64,000 nt of DNA from Actinomycetes bacterium. Its GTDB lineage: Bacteria; Actinomycetota; Acidimicrobiia; Acidimicrobiales; Palsa-688. Under the pieces are notes generated by a model that ran no database searches, was not told where the DNA came from, and saw nothing but the letters and a program-made list of their open reading frames with translations. Both the position numbers and the translations under genes were made by a program. The stretch is from assembly GCA_021850325.1 (NCBI GenBank), contig JAJZMF010000048.1:141169-205168 (forward strand), read 5' to 3'. This document shows, piece after piece, positions 48,879 through 58,830 of the stretch (within the stretch, counting starts at the first letter, position 1; the number at the start of each line of letters is the position of its first letter).

Positions 48879-49076
48879 CACCCGCCAGTGTACCCGGGGC
48901 CCACCGCCGGCCCGGGCCGTGGCCCGGCTATCGTCTAACCAGGCTGTGACTGACGCAGGCTGCGCCGAACGGCGCCGCTGGGTGGAGCACCACCAGGGAG
49001 CAGCCAGCCGGCGAGGGCCGGCCGGAGCCGTGCGCCTGGGCCATATGCCAGCGAACAGAGACCCGGAGGAACCTGC

Positions 49077-50501
49077 ATGTCCCTGAGCCCCCAAGGTGCC
49101 GCATTCCGCTCCGCGCTCGACATCGTGGCCGCCAGCGAGCCCGACGTCGCCCGGGCCATCGCCGACGAACTGGCGTCCCAGCGTCGCCAGCTGAAGCTCA
49201 TCGCCTCGGAGAACTACGCCTCCCCCGCCGTCCTGCTGGCCATGGGCAACTGGATGTCGGACAAGTACGCGGAGGGGACACCCGGGCACCGCTTCTACGC
49301 CGGCTGCGAGCTGGTGGACCGGGTGGAGACCATTGCCACTGAGCACGCCAAGGCGCTCTTTGGTGCCGAGCATGCCTACGTCCAGCCCCATTCGGGGATC
49401 GACGCCAACCTGGTCGCCTACTGGGCGGTCCTGGCCAACCGGGTGGAGGCGCCCGCGCTGGCGGCGGCCGGCACCACCAACGTCAACGACCTTTCCCACG
49501 AGGCCTGGGAGGAGCTGCGCCACGCCTTCCACAGCCAGCGGCTCCTGGGCATGTCTCTCGACGCGGGCGGGCACTTGACTCACGGCTTCCGGCCCAACAT
49601 CTCGGGCAAGTTGTTCGAGCACGCCAGCTACGGGGTCGACGCCACCACGGGCCTGCTCGACTACGACGCCATCGCCGCCCAGGCCCGGGCCTTCCGGCCC
49701 CTGGTGCTCGTGGCCGGCTACTCCGCCTACCCGCGCAACCCCAACTTCGCCCTCCTGGCGGAGATAGCCCACGAGGTCGGCGCCACCTTCATGGTCGACA
49801 TGGCCCACTTCGCCGGCCTGGTGGCGGGCAAGGTGCTCCAGGGCGACCTCAACCCTGTGCCCCACGCCGACATCGTCACCTCCACCACCCACAAGTCCCT
49901 ACGCGGCCCCCGGGGCGGCCTGGTCCTTTGCACCAAGGAGTACGCCCCCTTCGTGGACAAGGGGTGCCCGATGGTCCTGGGCGGCCCGCTCCCCCATGTG
50001 ATGGCGGCCAAGGGCGTGGCCCTGGCCGAGGCCCGCCGCCCCGAGTTCGCCGACTACGCCTCCCGCATCGTCGCCAACTCCCAGGCCCTGGCGGAGGGCC
50101 TCCTGCACCGGGGGGCCCGCCTGGTCACCGGGGGTACCGACAACCACATCGTGCTGGCGGACGTGACCTCCAGCTTCGGCCTCACCGGGCGCCAGGCCGA
50201 GCCGGCCCTGCTCGAGGCAGGCGTGGTCACCAACCGCAACTCGGTCCCCGCAGACCCCAACGGGCCCTGGTACACCTCTGGGGTCCGCATGGGCACGCCG
50301 GCCCTCACCACGCTGGGCTTCGGCCCCCAGGAGATGGACGAGGTCGCCGACATCTTCGTGACCGCGCTAAGGGCGACCTCGCCGCAGGGCGGGGGCTCCC
50401 GGGCCAAGTACACGATCGAAGCCTCCGTCGCCCAAGCCTGCCGCAAGCGCTGTGCCGACCTGCTCACCGCCCACCCCCTGTACCCCGGGGTGGAGCTCTG
50501 A
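49077..50501 (+). CDS. glyA: Serine hydroxymethyltransferase
   Basis: [13 protein letters not shown]..., PLP-lysine region ([16 protein letters not shown]). 474 aa. Confidence 0.95.
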   Translation: MSLSPQGAAFRSALDIVAASEPDVARAIADELASQRRQLKLIASENYASPAVLLAMGNWMSDKYAEGTPGHRFYAGCELVDRVETIATEHAKALFGAEHAYVQPHSGIDANLVAYWAVLANRVEAPALAAAGTTNVNDLSHEAWEELRHAFHSQRLLGMSLDAGGHLTHGFRPNISGKLFEHASYGVDATTGLLDYDAIAAQARAFRPLVLVAGYSAYPRNPNFALLAEIAHEVGATFMVDMAHFAGLVAGKVLQGDLNPVPHADIVTSTTHKSLRGPRGGLVLCTKEYAPFVDKGCPMVLGGPLPHVMAAKGVALAEARRPEFADYASRIVANSQALAEGLLHRGARLVTGGTDNHIVLADVTSSFGLTGRQAEPALLEAGVVTNRNSVPADPNGPWYTSGVRMGTPALTTLGFGPQEMDEVADIFVTALRATSPQGGGSRAKYTIEASVAQACRKRCADLLTAHPLYPGVEL

Positions 50502-50549
50502 GCCGGGCCCCGGGGCACGGCACGGCGCGCCGGTGAGCTCAGGGCCCCG

Positions 50550-51164
50550 ATGGCCGACCACTACTTCTCGGCATCACCCGCCGTGCCCCTGCGGACGGGC
50601 CGGGTCGCTCTCCGGCTGGCGGACATGGAGATGGAGCTGACCACGGGGTCGGGTGTCTTCTCGGCAGGGCGCGTGGACCCGGGGACCGTGGCCCTGCTGC
50701 GCGGATCGGGCCCGCCCCCGGAGCGCGGCGACGTGCTCGACCTGGGCTGCGGCTACGGCCCCATCGCATGCGCCCTGGCCCGACGCGCCCCGGGTGCCAC
50801 CGTCTGGGCGGTCGACGTGAACCGGCGGGCCCTCGAGCTCACCGCGGCCAACGCCGCCGACCTGGGCCTGCCCAACGTCCGCGTCGCCACCCCTGAGGAG
50901 GTACCCCCGGAGCTGGCCTTCGCGGGCCTGTGGTCCAACCCGCCGGTCCGGGTGGGCAAGGAGGCACTGCACGAGATGCTCGCCCAATGGACGCGACGCC
51001 TGGAGGCCGGTGCTGCGGCCTGGCTGGTGGTCAACCGCCACCTGGGAGGCGACAGCCTGGCTGCGTGGCTGTCGGCGGAAGGTTGGACCGTGCACAGGGT
51101 GGCGTCCAAGTCCGGCTACCGGGTCCTACGTGCCACGGCCGGTGCGCCCGGGGCGGCACGGTGA
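50550..51164 (+). CDS. Class I SAM-dependent methyltransferase (RsmC/RlmG small-domain type)
   Basis: VLDLGCGYGPIACALA SAM motif I and NPP motif (LWSNPPVRVGK), typical of N6-adenine/N2-guanine rRNA MTases. Confidence 0.75.
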   Translation: MADHYFSASPAVPLRTGRVALRLADMEMELTTGSGVFSAGRVDPGTVALLRGSGPPPERGDVLDLGCGYGPIACALARRAPGATVWAVDVNRRALELTAANAADLGLPNVRVATPEEVPPELAFAGLWSNPPVRVGKEALHEMLAQWTRRLEAGAAAWLVVNRHLGGDSLAAWLSAEGWTVHRVASKSGYRVLRATAGAPGAAR

Positions 51165-51697
51165 AGCAGCTCGGCCAGACCGACCTGAAGCGCCTGCACC
51201 GGGAGTGGTCGAGGCGCAGCAGCGGCAGGTTGGCCTTGCTGCTGGAGGGCGTCAGCTCGCCGTTCAACATCGGCTCGATCGTGCGCACCGCAGCGGCGTT
51301 CCGCGTCGAGCACCTCTACCTGGCGGGGGGGACGACCTCGCCCGGCGCGGCCAGGGCGGGCAAGACCGCCATGGGCACCGAGCGCTACCTGTCATGGACC
51401 AATTTCGAAAAGGGGGCCGATGCGGCGGACGCAGCCCGGGAGGACGGCTTCACGGTCGTCGGCCTGGAGCTGGCCGACCACGCCGTGCCCATCTACCAGC
51501 TTTCGGCCGGGCCTGATGTCTGCCTTGCTGTGGGCCACGAGGACCACGGGCTCAGCCCGGGCACGCTGGCTGCGTGCGACACCGTCGCCTTCATCCCCCA
51601 GCTGGGGAGGGTGGGGAGCTTGAACGTGGCTACGGCAACCGCCATCGCCATCTACGAGGTCCGCCGACGTGAGTGGTCGGGCCTCAACGCCCCCTGA
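51161..51697 (+). CDS. TrmH/SpoU family RNA 2'-O-methyltransferase
   Basis: SPOUT motifs ([47 protein letters not shown]). GTG start overlaps the upstream stop. Confidence 0.8.
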   Translation: MKQLGQTDLKRLHREWSRRSSGRLALLLEGVSSPFNIGSIVRTAAAFRVEHLYLAGGTTSPGAARAGKTAMGTERYLSWTNFEKGADAADAAREDGFTVVGLELADHAVPIYQLSAGPDVCLAVGHEDHGLSPGTLAACDTVAFIPQLGRVGSLNVATATAIAIYEVRRREWSGLNAP

Positions 51698-51761
51698 AAA
51701 GCCTCAACGCCCCCTGGACAACGGCATGAGACGCGGGGACCGGCCCGTGCAGGTGACCAGG

Positions 51762-51846
51762 GGTGGGCGCGGAGGGACTTGAACCCTCACGGCCTCTCGG
51801 CCAATGGATTTTGAGTCCACCGTGTCTGCCATTCCACCACGCGCCC
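51762..51846 (-). tRNA. tRNA-Leu (anticodon CAA), type II with long variable arm
   Basis: Manual fold of the reverse complement gives a 7-bp acceptor stem GGGCGCG/CGCGCCC, a T-arm GAGGG-TTCAAGT-CCCTC and an anticodon loop CTCAAAA, so the anticodon is CAA. The variable arm is TGGCCGAGAGGCCGTGAG. Confidence 0.85.
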
Positions 51847-52013
51847 TGGCTGGTCGTAGCTGCCCGTTCTCATCTCTCTTCCGGCCCGTTGCCATGCTCC
51901 GGTACCGCCGAGAGGTGCGTCACGGCAACGACGAAGGCTAGCGGACTGCACGACCGGCCGGGTGGCCGCACCTGCTGGTCCCCTGCCAGTCCTCGGTGAC
52001 CGGTAGGGTACGC

Positions 52014-52054
52014 GGAGCGAGGAGCCGACCCTGGAAGGGAGGGCTCCTCGCTCC
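52014..52054 (-). terminator. Strong hairpin (13-bp perfect stem, 15-nt loop) 18 nt downstream of the small secreted-protein gene
   Basis: GGAGCGAGGAGCC ... GGCTCCTCGCTCC inverted repeat seen directly. Lies between the gene stop (52073) and tRNA-Leu. No U-tract. Confidence 0.45.
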
Positions 52055-52072
52055 TACTGGGAGCTCAACCGT

Positions 52073-52360
52073 TCAGAGCACCCGTCCCCACTGGTTGCCC
52101 GTGCCGTCCATTGCATGGGCGGCGATAGGGCCGGACCCGTCCATGGCGCCATGCGGGTAACCCAGCGTGACGTACCGTGACCCGTCGTGCAGGTAGAGCA
52201 CGTCCCTGTCGTGGACCTGCAACCTGTCGCCGGTGCACGGGGCACCTACCCGGGCAACCGAGGCGGAGGGCTGCACTTGGGCAGCCAGAGCGACCCCGGT
52301 GGGAACCAGGCAGACAACGGTGACAACCGCTCCGACCAGTCCTCTACGGAACCTCCTCAC
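52073..52360 (-). CDS. Small secreted hypothetical protein (signal peptide, duplicated H-x-A-M-D-G-S/T-G motif)
   Basis: N-terminal RR...LVGAVVTVVCLVPTGVALA|AQ signal peptide. Mature region HDRDVLYLHDGSRYVTLGYPHGAMDGSGPIAAHAMDGTGNQW. Confidence 0.55.
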   Translation of the reverse strand: MRRFRRGLVGAVVTVVCLVPTGVALAAQVQPSASVARVGAPCTGDRLQVHDRDVLYLHDGSRYVTLGYPHGAMDGSGPIAAHAMDGTGNQWGRVL

Positions 52361-52627
52361 CTGAGGTCACCTCCTTTCTCATTTCGGCGAGTACCCGGTC
52401 CTCAAGCTTGCTGCCCCGGGCGCAGAGCGAGCGGAGAGCCGGACGACAGCGGGTGCAGATGCGGCTCGGCCCGTCGGGCGGGCACCCGGCCGCCGTGCGG
52501 TGCCCTGCCCCCGCTGTGGCCCTTTGCCCTGGACCGGCGCCCGTCGCCGGTCCCGTTCAGGACGGTGTTACCTTCAGCCCTCCGGACAGGTCAGAATGTT
52601 GCAGGACCAAAGGAGGACTCAGCAGCT

Positions 52628-53864
52628 CGTGCCGGCGTTCATCTTCCCGGGCCAGGGCTCCCAGCGACCAGGCATGGGACGCCCGTGGCGCGACCACCCG
52701 TCATGGGACGTGGTCGAGGACGCTTCCGGCGTGGCCGGGCGCGACGTCGGCCACCTCCTGCTGGACGCAGGCCCCCAGGAGCTGACGGAGACGCGCAACG
52801 CCCAGCTGGCCACCTTCGTCATGGGACTGGTCGTCCTCGACGCCATCGAGAGGCTGGGCATCGAGCCCACAGCCTGCGCCGGGCACAGCGTCGGCGAGTA
52901 CACGGCCCTGGTGGCCGCGGGCGGGGTCGGCTTCGAGGACGCCGTCCGTCTGGTGTGCGAGCGCGGCGAGGCCATGCAGGAGGCGGCCGAGGAGAACCCG
53001 GGGATCATGTTGGCCCTCACGGGGACCGACGACGAGACTGCCCGCATCGCCTGCCGGCGGGCCGATGGCGACGTGTGGCTGGCCAACACCAACGCTCCCG
53101 GGGAGTGCGTGATAGCGGGCCGGCCGGCCGAGGCCGAGCGGGCCGCCGCCCTGGCCCTGGAGATGGGCGCCGACGGCGTGCACCCCCTGGCCGTGAGCGG
53201 CGCCTTCCACACGCCCCTGATGGCGCCCGCCCAGCCCCGCCTGCGCAAGGCGCTCGAGGTCACCACCTTCTTCCCCCTGGCCTTCCCCGTGGTCGCCAAC
53301 GTCGACGCCCTCCCCCACGAGGAGGCCGGGGACTGGGCCAGCCTGCTCTCGGCCCAGCTGCGCAGCCCCGTGCGGTGGCGCCAGACCGTCGTATACCTCG
53401 CGGCGATGATGCGGACGAGCGAATGGGACGGTGACCAGCTTTTTTGCGAGCTCGGACCGGGCGGCCCGCTCTCCGCCCTGGTGAGGGCCACGCTGCCCCG
53501 TGCCGCAACCCTGGCCATCGCCGAGCCGGACGACCTCGACACCCTCGTCGCCCGCCTGACCGGGGAGGTCCCCGAACAGCTGGCGTCGGCCGGTGACGGC
53601 CACCAGGGCGAACGTCTCTACGTCTCCGAGCGCCTGGTCATCAGCCCCTGCGCCGGCATATTCGAACTGCCCCCCGACGCCGTCCCGCCGGCCCTGCCGG
53701 GTTCTGCGGGCACCGGGAGCCCGGTGAGCACCGGCGACCTGCTCGGTACGGTGTCCGGCGCAGAAGTGAGGAGCCCGTTCTCCGGTGAGCTCATGGGCCT
53801 GCTGGCCCACCCCGGCGAGCGTCTTCGGACGGGACAGCCCATAGCTTGGCTGCGTTCCTACTAG
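52628..53864 (+). CDS. fabD: Malonyl-CoA:ACP transacylase FabD with C-terminal biotinyl/lipoyl-like extension
   Basis: FIFPGQGSQRPGM, active-site GHSVGEY, AFHTPLM. About 300-aa FabD core followed by a ~110-aa extension. The start is uncertain (GTG 52628 or ATG 52598). Confidence 0.85.
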
Positions 53865-53889
53865 ACCAACAGCACAAGGAGCCCGCTTG

Positions 53890-54891
53890 ATGCCATCTGA
53901 GCACGGCTGCGCCATAACAGGTTGGGCAAGCGCGCTCCCAACCACGGTCGTGACGAACCAGGACATCATGACCCTTTTCGACACCAGTGACGAGTGGATC
54001 GTGGAGCGCACCGGTATCCGCCAGCGGCGCGCCGCGGACGGGCCCTTCGTCGCCGAGCGGCCCCCCGCCTCACCCGACGGCGGGATGGGCACGACGGCCC
54101 AGTTGGCCGCCCAGGCCGGCCACGCCGCCCTCGAACGGGCGGGCCTGACCGGCGCCGACATAGACCTGCTCGTGCTGTGCACCACCAGCCCGGACCAGCT
54201 GGTACCGGCCACCTCGTCACCCGTGGCGAACGCGCTTGGCATCAGGGGCGGCGGCATGGACATCAACGCCGCGTGCGCCGGCTTCACCTACGGCCTGGTC
54301 AGCGCGGCCGGGATGGTGGGCGTGGGAGCCCAACGGGTGCTGGTCATCGGGGCAGAGACCCTTTCCCGGATCACCAACTGGTCGGACCGCTCCAACGCCT
54401 TCCTGTTCGGCGATGGAGCGGGTGCCGTTGTCGTGGAGGCCGTGCCCGGCGAGAGCTCCCTGCTCGGCTGGGACGTGGGCGTCGACGGTTCCCTGCAGCC
54501 CTTGTTCTATGCCGACCACGGGGGCACCGGCATGAGGATGCGCGGACAGGAGGTCTTCCGCAAGGCCATCCGGATGACGGTCGACTCGGCCACCAAGAGC
54601 CTCGAGATGGCCAAGGTGCAGGCCTCCGACATCGCCCTCTTCGTGCCTCACCAGGCCAACGTGCGCATCATGGACGCCGTGGCCGAGCGCCTGGGGATAC
54701 CGGGTGACAGGGTGGCGTCGGTCATCCAGCAGACAGGCAACACCTCGTCTGCCTCCATACCCATCGCCCTGTCCGACGCCGCCGACAACGGGCGGCTCAA
54801 CGAGGGCGACCTCATCCTGTTCGCCGGGTTCGGCGCAGGCATGACCTGGGCGTCGGCCGTCTGGCGCTGGGGCAGCGGCACGCCCCGCTAA
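53890..54891 (+). CDS. fabH: 3-oxoacyl-ACP synthase III FabH
   Basis: Active-site Cys region NAACAGFTYGL and His/Asn motifs (VPHQANVRI, GFGAGMTW). RBS AAGGAGC about 7 nt upstream of the ATG. Confidence 0.92.
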   Translation: MPSEHGCAITGWASALPTTVVTNQDIMTLFDTSDEWIVERTGIRQRRAADGPFVAERPPASPDGGMGTTAQLAAQAGHAALERAGLTGADIDLLVLCTTSPDQLVPATSSPVANALGIRGGGMDINAACAGFTYGLVSAAGMVGVGAQRVLVIGAETLSRITNWSDRSNAFLFGDGAGAVVVEAVPGESSLLGWDVGVDGSLQPLFYADHGGTGMRMRGQEVFRKAIRMTVDSATKSLEMAKVQASDIALFVPHQANVRIMDAVAERLGIPGDRVASVIQQTGNTSSASIPIALSDAADNGRLNEGDLILFAGFGAGMTWASAVWRWGSGTPR

Positions 54892-54973
54892 CGCTGGGCG
54901 GCCCGCGCCACAAACTAGATTGTGCCAGTCCCGACCAGAGCGGCAGGCACCAGACCTACACAACGGAGGAAAC

Positions 54974-55225
54974 ATGGGAGGACAGATGGGCCCCGAGGAA
55001 TCGTTCGACTTGTTCAAGCAGTGCGCGGTGGAGGTGCTGCAGGTCGAACCGTCGAAGATCGTCCCTGAGGCCCGTTTCGCCGACGACCTGGACGCCGACA
55101 GCCTGGACCTGGTCGAGCTGGTGATGGCCCTGGAGGAGAAGTTCGGCATCGACGTAGCCGAGGCGGAGCTCGAGGGCGTCCAGACCGTCGGGCAGGCGTA
55201 CGAGCTGGTGGCGTCCAAGCTCTGA
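54974..55225 (+). CDS. acpP: Acyl carrier protein
   Basis: LDADSLDLVELVMALEEKFGI phosphopantetheine-attachment DSL motif. RBS GGAGGA 4 nt before the ATG at 54974. Confidence 0.9.
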   Translation: MGGQMGPEESFDLFKQCAVEVLQVEPSKIVPEARFADDLDADSLDLVELVMALEEKFGIDVAEAELEGVQTVGQAYELVASKL

Positions 55226-56442
55226 TGCTTGCCGTCATGGGGGCCCCGGACGGTTCGGGGGCCGTACAGGGACGACGGGTCGTGATCACCGGCCTGGGAG
55301 TCGTGTCTTCGTGCGGTATCGGCGTGGGAGCGTTCTGGGAGGGCCTGCACCACCTGCCACCGCCGGGGCGGTCCCGCCCGGTGGAAGGCCTCGACGTCAG
55401 CGCGCTCTTCGGGCCCAAGGAGGTCAGACGCGCCGACCGTTTCGTCCAGATGGCCACGGCTGCGGCCGAACAGGCGGTCCAGGACGCCGGTGGGCCGGAT
55501 GTCGTCGCCGAGGGCCCCGACCGTGCAGGGGCCCACGTAGGCACCGGTGTGGGGGGCCTGGACACCATCTGTGAGCAGGACAGGGTCCTCATCGAGAGGG
55601 GGGCGGGACGGGTCAGCCCCTTCCTCGTCCCCATGATCATGTGCAACCGGGCCGCGGCCGAGGTCTCCATGCGCTACGGGTTACGGGGGCCGTGCGAGAC
55701 AACGGTCACCGCCTGTGCAGCCGGCACCCAGAGCATCGCCAACGCAGCGCGCCTGATCGCCACGGGCCGCTGCGACCTAATGCTCGCCGGCAGCAGCGAG
55801 GCCCCTCTGTCCGACCTCGGGGTGGCCGGGTTCGCCAACATGACCGCTCTGTCCCGCTCGGGGACCTCCATGCCCTTCGACACGGCGCGGGACGGCTTCG
55901 TGATCGGCGAGGGGGCCGGGATGCTGGTCCTGGAGGAGCGCGAACGCGCCCTGGCCCGGGGTGCCCGGATCTACGCCGAGATCGCGGGGGCGGCGAGCAC
56001 GGCCGACGCCCACCACATCACCGCCCCTGCTCCTGACGGCGGCGGCGCGGCGCGTTGCATGGAGCTGGCCCTGGCCGATGCCCGGCTGTCACCGTCGGAC
56101 GTGGCCCACATCAACACCCACGGCACCTCGACCCCACCCGGCGACGCAGCCGAGGCGGAGGCCATCCGCAAGGTCTTCGGGCCTTCGGGGCCCCCGGTGA
56201 CCTCGGTCAAGGGCGTTCTCGGCCACACGCTGGCGGCCGCGGGCTCGATCGAGGCGGTGGCCGTCGCTCTCACCATCGCCAACCGCTCCATACCTCCGAC
56301 GATGGGCACCACCGAGGTCGACCCCGCCTTCGAGCTCGACGTCGTCATAGGCGAGGCGCGGCCCTGGGAGCCGGGGCCGGTCGTGTCCAACTCCTTCGGC
56401 TTCGGGGGCCACAACGGCTCCCTGGTGATAGTCCCCGCCTGA
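55225..56442 (+). CDS. fabF: 3-oxoacyl-ACP synthase II FabF/KasA-type
   Basis: Active-site Cys (TACAAGTQS), His-His (HITAP...NTHGTSTPPGD) and GHTLAAAG motifs. ATG overlaps the acpP stop (TGATG). Confidence 0.92.
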   Translation: MLAVMGAPDGSGAVQGRRVVITGLGVVSSCGIGVGAFWEGLHHLPPPGRSRPVEGLDVSALFGPKEVRRADRFVQMATAAAEQAVQDAGGPDVVAEGPDRAGAHVGTGVGGLDTICEQDRVLIERGAGRVSPFLVPMIMCNRAAAEVSMRYGLRGPCETTVTACAAGTQSIANAARLIATGRCDLMLAGSSEAPLSDLGVAGFANMTALSRSGTSMPFDTARDGFVIGEGAGMLVLEERERALARGARIYAEIAGAASTADAHHITAPAPDGGGAARCMELALADARLSPSDVAHINTHGTSTPPGDAAEAEAIRKVFGPSGPPVTSVKGVLGHTLAAAGSIEAVAVALTIANRSIPPTMGTTEVDPAFELDVVIGEARPWEPGPVVSNSFGFGGHNGSLVIVPA

Positions 56443-56465
56443 GGGGCCCTCCTGGTCCCGGGCTG

Positions 56466-56493
56466 CCAGGGGTGCCCCGGCCGGCACCTCTGG
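56466..56493. terminator. Imperfect GC-rich hairpin between convergent fabF and bcp (possible bidirectional terminator)
   Basis: CCAGGGGTG...CACCTCTGG forms a 9-bp stem with one G-U pair. It sits in the 84-bp convergent intergenic region. Confidence 0.3.
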
Positions 56494-56525
56494 CATGGGC
56501 GCAGGGGGCCTGCAGGCGCTGGGGC

Positions 56526-56990
56526 TCAGACCTGTCCGAGGGCCGACAGCAAGTTGGCCACCGTGGCCGCCGGCGACACCTTGTACCAGGTCTCCTCCAA
56601 ACGCCCATCGGGGCCCACCAGGAACGCCGAGCGCTCTATGCCCATGTACTTGCGGCCGTACATGCTGCGCTCCACCCAGACCCCGTAAGCCTCGGCTACG
56701 GCATGGTCCACGTCGGCCAGCAGCGGGAAGCCGAGCCCGTACTTGGCATCGAAGGCGGCCTGGCGCTTGGGGGGGTCGGGGCTGATCCCCACCACAGCGG
56801 TGCCCTCGAGCCTGGGCATGGCGTCCCTCAGGCCGCACGCCTGGGCCGTGCAGCCCGGCGTGTCTGCCTTGGGGTAGAAGTAGACGAGCGCACGGCGACC
56901 GAGGAAGTCCCCCAGGCTGACCGGCTCGCCGTCCTGACCAGGAAGGTTGAAGCCGGGCGCCTGGTCGCCCTTACTGAGGCGCGTGCTCAC
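56526..56990 (-). CDS. bcp: Thiol peroxidase Bcp (peroxiredoxin Q / AhpC-TSA family)
   Basis: YFYPKADTPGCTAQAC peroxidatic cysteine motif. 154 aa. Confidence 0.9.
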   Translation of the reverse strand: MSTRLSKGDQAPGFNLPGQDGEPVSLGDFLGRRALVYFYPKADTPGCTAQACGLRDAMPRLEGTAVVGISPDPPKRQAAFDAKYGLGFPLLADVDHAVAEAYGVWVERSMYGRKYMGIERSAFLVGPDGRLEETWYKVSPAATVANLLSALGQV

Positions 56991-57064
56991 GGCGCGAGCA
57001 TACGGCGCCCTTGGCGGCCACCGGGTAAGGCGGGCCGTTTGGCTAGGGTTCCTCCGGAGCTCAT

Positions 57065-58717
57065 ATGACCAGCACGGCCCAGCCAGACGACCTTTCCATC
57101 GGCGCGTTCAGCGACGACGCGCCGTGGGACCTCAGCCAGCGGGTGAACACCTGGCGGGCGGAGGTCCCTGCACTGCGGGCCCGTACTGCCGCCCAGGTCC
57201 CCACGCTCCTGCAGCGCCACCGCCTGCCCCCCGCCGACAGGGTGGTCCTGACCACGGCCCGGCTGGGCTGGGCCGTGGTCATGTGGCGCCTGGTGGAGCG
57301 GCGCCGGGCGGCAAGGCTGGGCCGGCGGGAGGTGTCCAGAGCAGGGCTCTCCCTGCGCCTGCGCCGGGCCTTCGAGAGGCTCGGGCCCACTTACATCAAG
57401 CTGGGCCAGATCCTGTCCTCAGGAGAGGGCGTGTTCCCTCCCGAACTGGTCAACGAGTTCCGGCTCCTGCGCGACAGGGTTCCCGCCGAGCCCTTCGAAG
57501 CGGTCCGGGAGGTGGTCGAAGCCGACCTCGGCCGGCCCATCGAGGAGGTGTTCGAGCGCTTCGACCGGGTGCCGGTGGCCGCAGCCTCGATCGCCCAGGT
57601 CCACCCCGCCCGGTTGCGCACCGGGGAGGAGGTCGTGGTCAAAGTGCAGCGACCGGCGGTGGCGCGCCTGGTGGAGCACGACATCGCAGCCATGAGCTGG
57701 CTGGCGCCCCTGCTCATCGGGCGCATCCCCGTCGCCTCCCTGGCCAACCCCCCGGCACTGGTGGAAGTGTTCGCCGAGACGGTGGTCGAGGAGCTGGACT
57801 TCCGCCTGGAGGCCGACAACATGCTCGATATCGCCCGTGTCCTGGCAGAGACCGGGCAGCGTTCGGTGGTCGTCCCCCGGCCCCACCCGGAGCTGGTGAC
57901 CCGGAGGGTGCTGGTCATGGAGCGCCTCGACGGCTTCGGCTGGGACGACGTCGAGGGGATGCGCCGGGCAGGCATCGACACCTCGGCCGTGGTGAGGGCC
58001 CTGCTCATCGCGTTCCTGGAAGGGGCGACCCTCTACGGCGTCTTCCACGGCGACCTCCACGGCGGCAACCTCTTCGTGCGCACCGATGGCCGCGTGGCGC
58101 TGCTGGACTACGGGATAACCGGCCGCCTGGACGAGGTGCGGCGCATAGCGTTCCTGCGCCTGCTCATGGGCGGCACCCTCAACGACCAGCGCCTGCAGTT
58201 GGCGGCACTGCGTGACATGGGCGCGGTGCCGGCCGACACCGACCTCGAAGCGCTGGCCCGGGACCTCGGCCTGGACAAGCCGGTGGTGGACCCCACCACG
58301 ATGGCCCCCGAGGCCCTTCTGGCCGAGGTCAGGGACCTCACCAAGCGCCTCCTCGAGTACGGTGCCCGCTTCCCCAAGATCCTGATGCTGTTCGTCAAGG
58401 ACCTGCTCTTCGTCGACGGCTCCCTGGCCACCCTGGCGCCCGACATCGACCTGTTCGCCGAGGTCACCGCCATCGCGGCCTACTTCACCACCCGCTACGG
58501 CGAGCGTATTGCCCACGACATCGGCATAGACCCCCGCCTGCACCCGGTGGACATGGCCGGCGTCCGGGCCGCGGTGGGCATCGGCGACGAAGTGGAGCAG
58601 CTCACCTACCGCGACCTGCAGGCGCGCCGGGAGCTCATCCACAGGCGTATGGAGGACCACCGCAAGCGGGCCGAGCGGCCCCGCCGGGCCGGTTGGCGGC
58701 GGCGCACGGGCAGCTGA
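57065..58717 (+). CDS. ABC1/UbiB family atypical kinase
   Basis: ABC1 domain ([17 protein letters not shown]...ASIAQVH...VVKVQRP...[11 protein letters not shown]...DYG). Confidence 0.85.
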   Translation: MTSTAQPDDLSIGAFSDDAPWDLSQRVNTWRAEVPALRARTAAQVPTLLQRHRLPPADRVVLTTARLGWAVVMWRLVERRRAARLGRREVSRAGLSLRLRRAFERLGPTYIKLGQILSSGEGVFPPELVNEFRLLRDRVPAEPFEAVREVVEADLGRPIEEVFERFDRVPVAAASIAQVHPARLRTGEEVVVKVQRPAVARLVEHDIAAMSWLAPLLIGRIPVASLANPPALVEVFAETVVEELDFRLEADNMLDIARVLAETGQRSVVVPRPHPELVTRRVLVMERLDGFGWDDVEGMRRAGIDTSAVVRALLIAFLEGATLYGVFHGDLHGGNLFVRTDGRVALLDYGITGRLDEVRRIAFLRLLMGGTLNDQRLQLAALRDMGAVPADTDLEALARDLGLDKPVVDPTTMAPEALLAEVRDLTKRLLEYGARFPKILMLFVKDLLFVDGSLATLAPDIDLFAEVTAIAAYFTTRYGERIAHDIGIDPRLHPVDMAGVRAAVGIGDEVEQLTYRDLQARRELIHRRMEDHRKRAERPRRAGWRRRTGS

Positions 58718-58830
58718 CCCCTCGGGCGGTACCGGGCGCCCAACCTGGCTGGTCATCCTCGCCAGCCGGTACCCTGGTCATCACGGGCGGCCGCCGGTCG
58801 CCTGCCCCCCCTCTCAGCCCCACGAGGACC

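Noticed and set aside
48879-49892. Upstream 338 aa of the 510-aa minus-strand ORF ending in def
   Set aside because: Only the last 172 aa (from ATG 48878) are peptide deformylase. The rest is antisense to glyA.
51697-52073. Possible integration hotspot or mobile element at tRNA-Leu
   Set aside because: No integrase, direct repeats of the tRNA 3' end, or foreign-composition DNA are visible around the tRNA. The flanking genes are ordinary.
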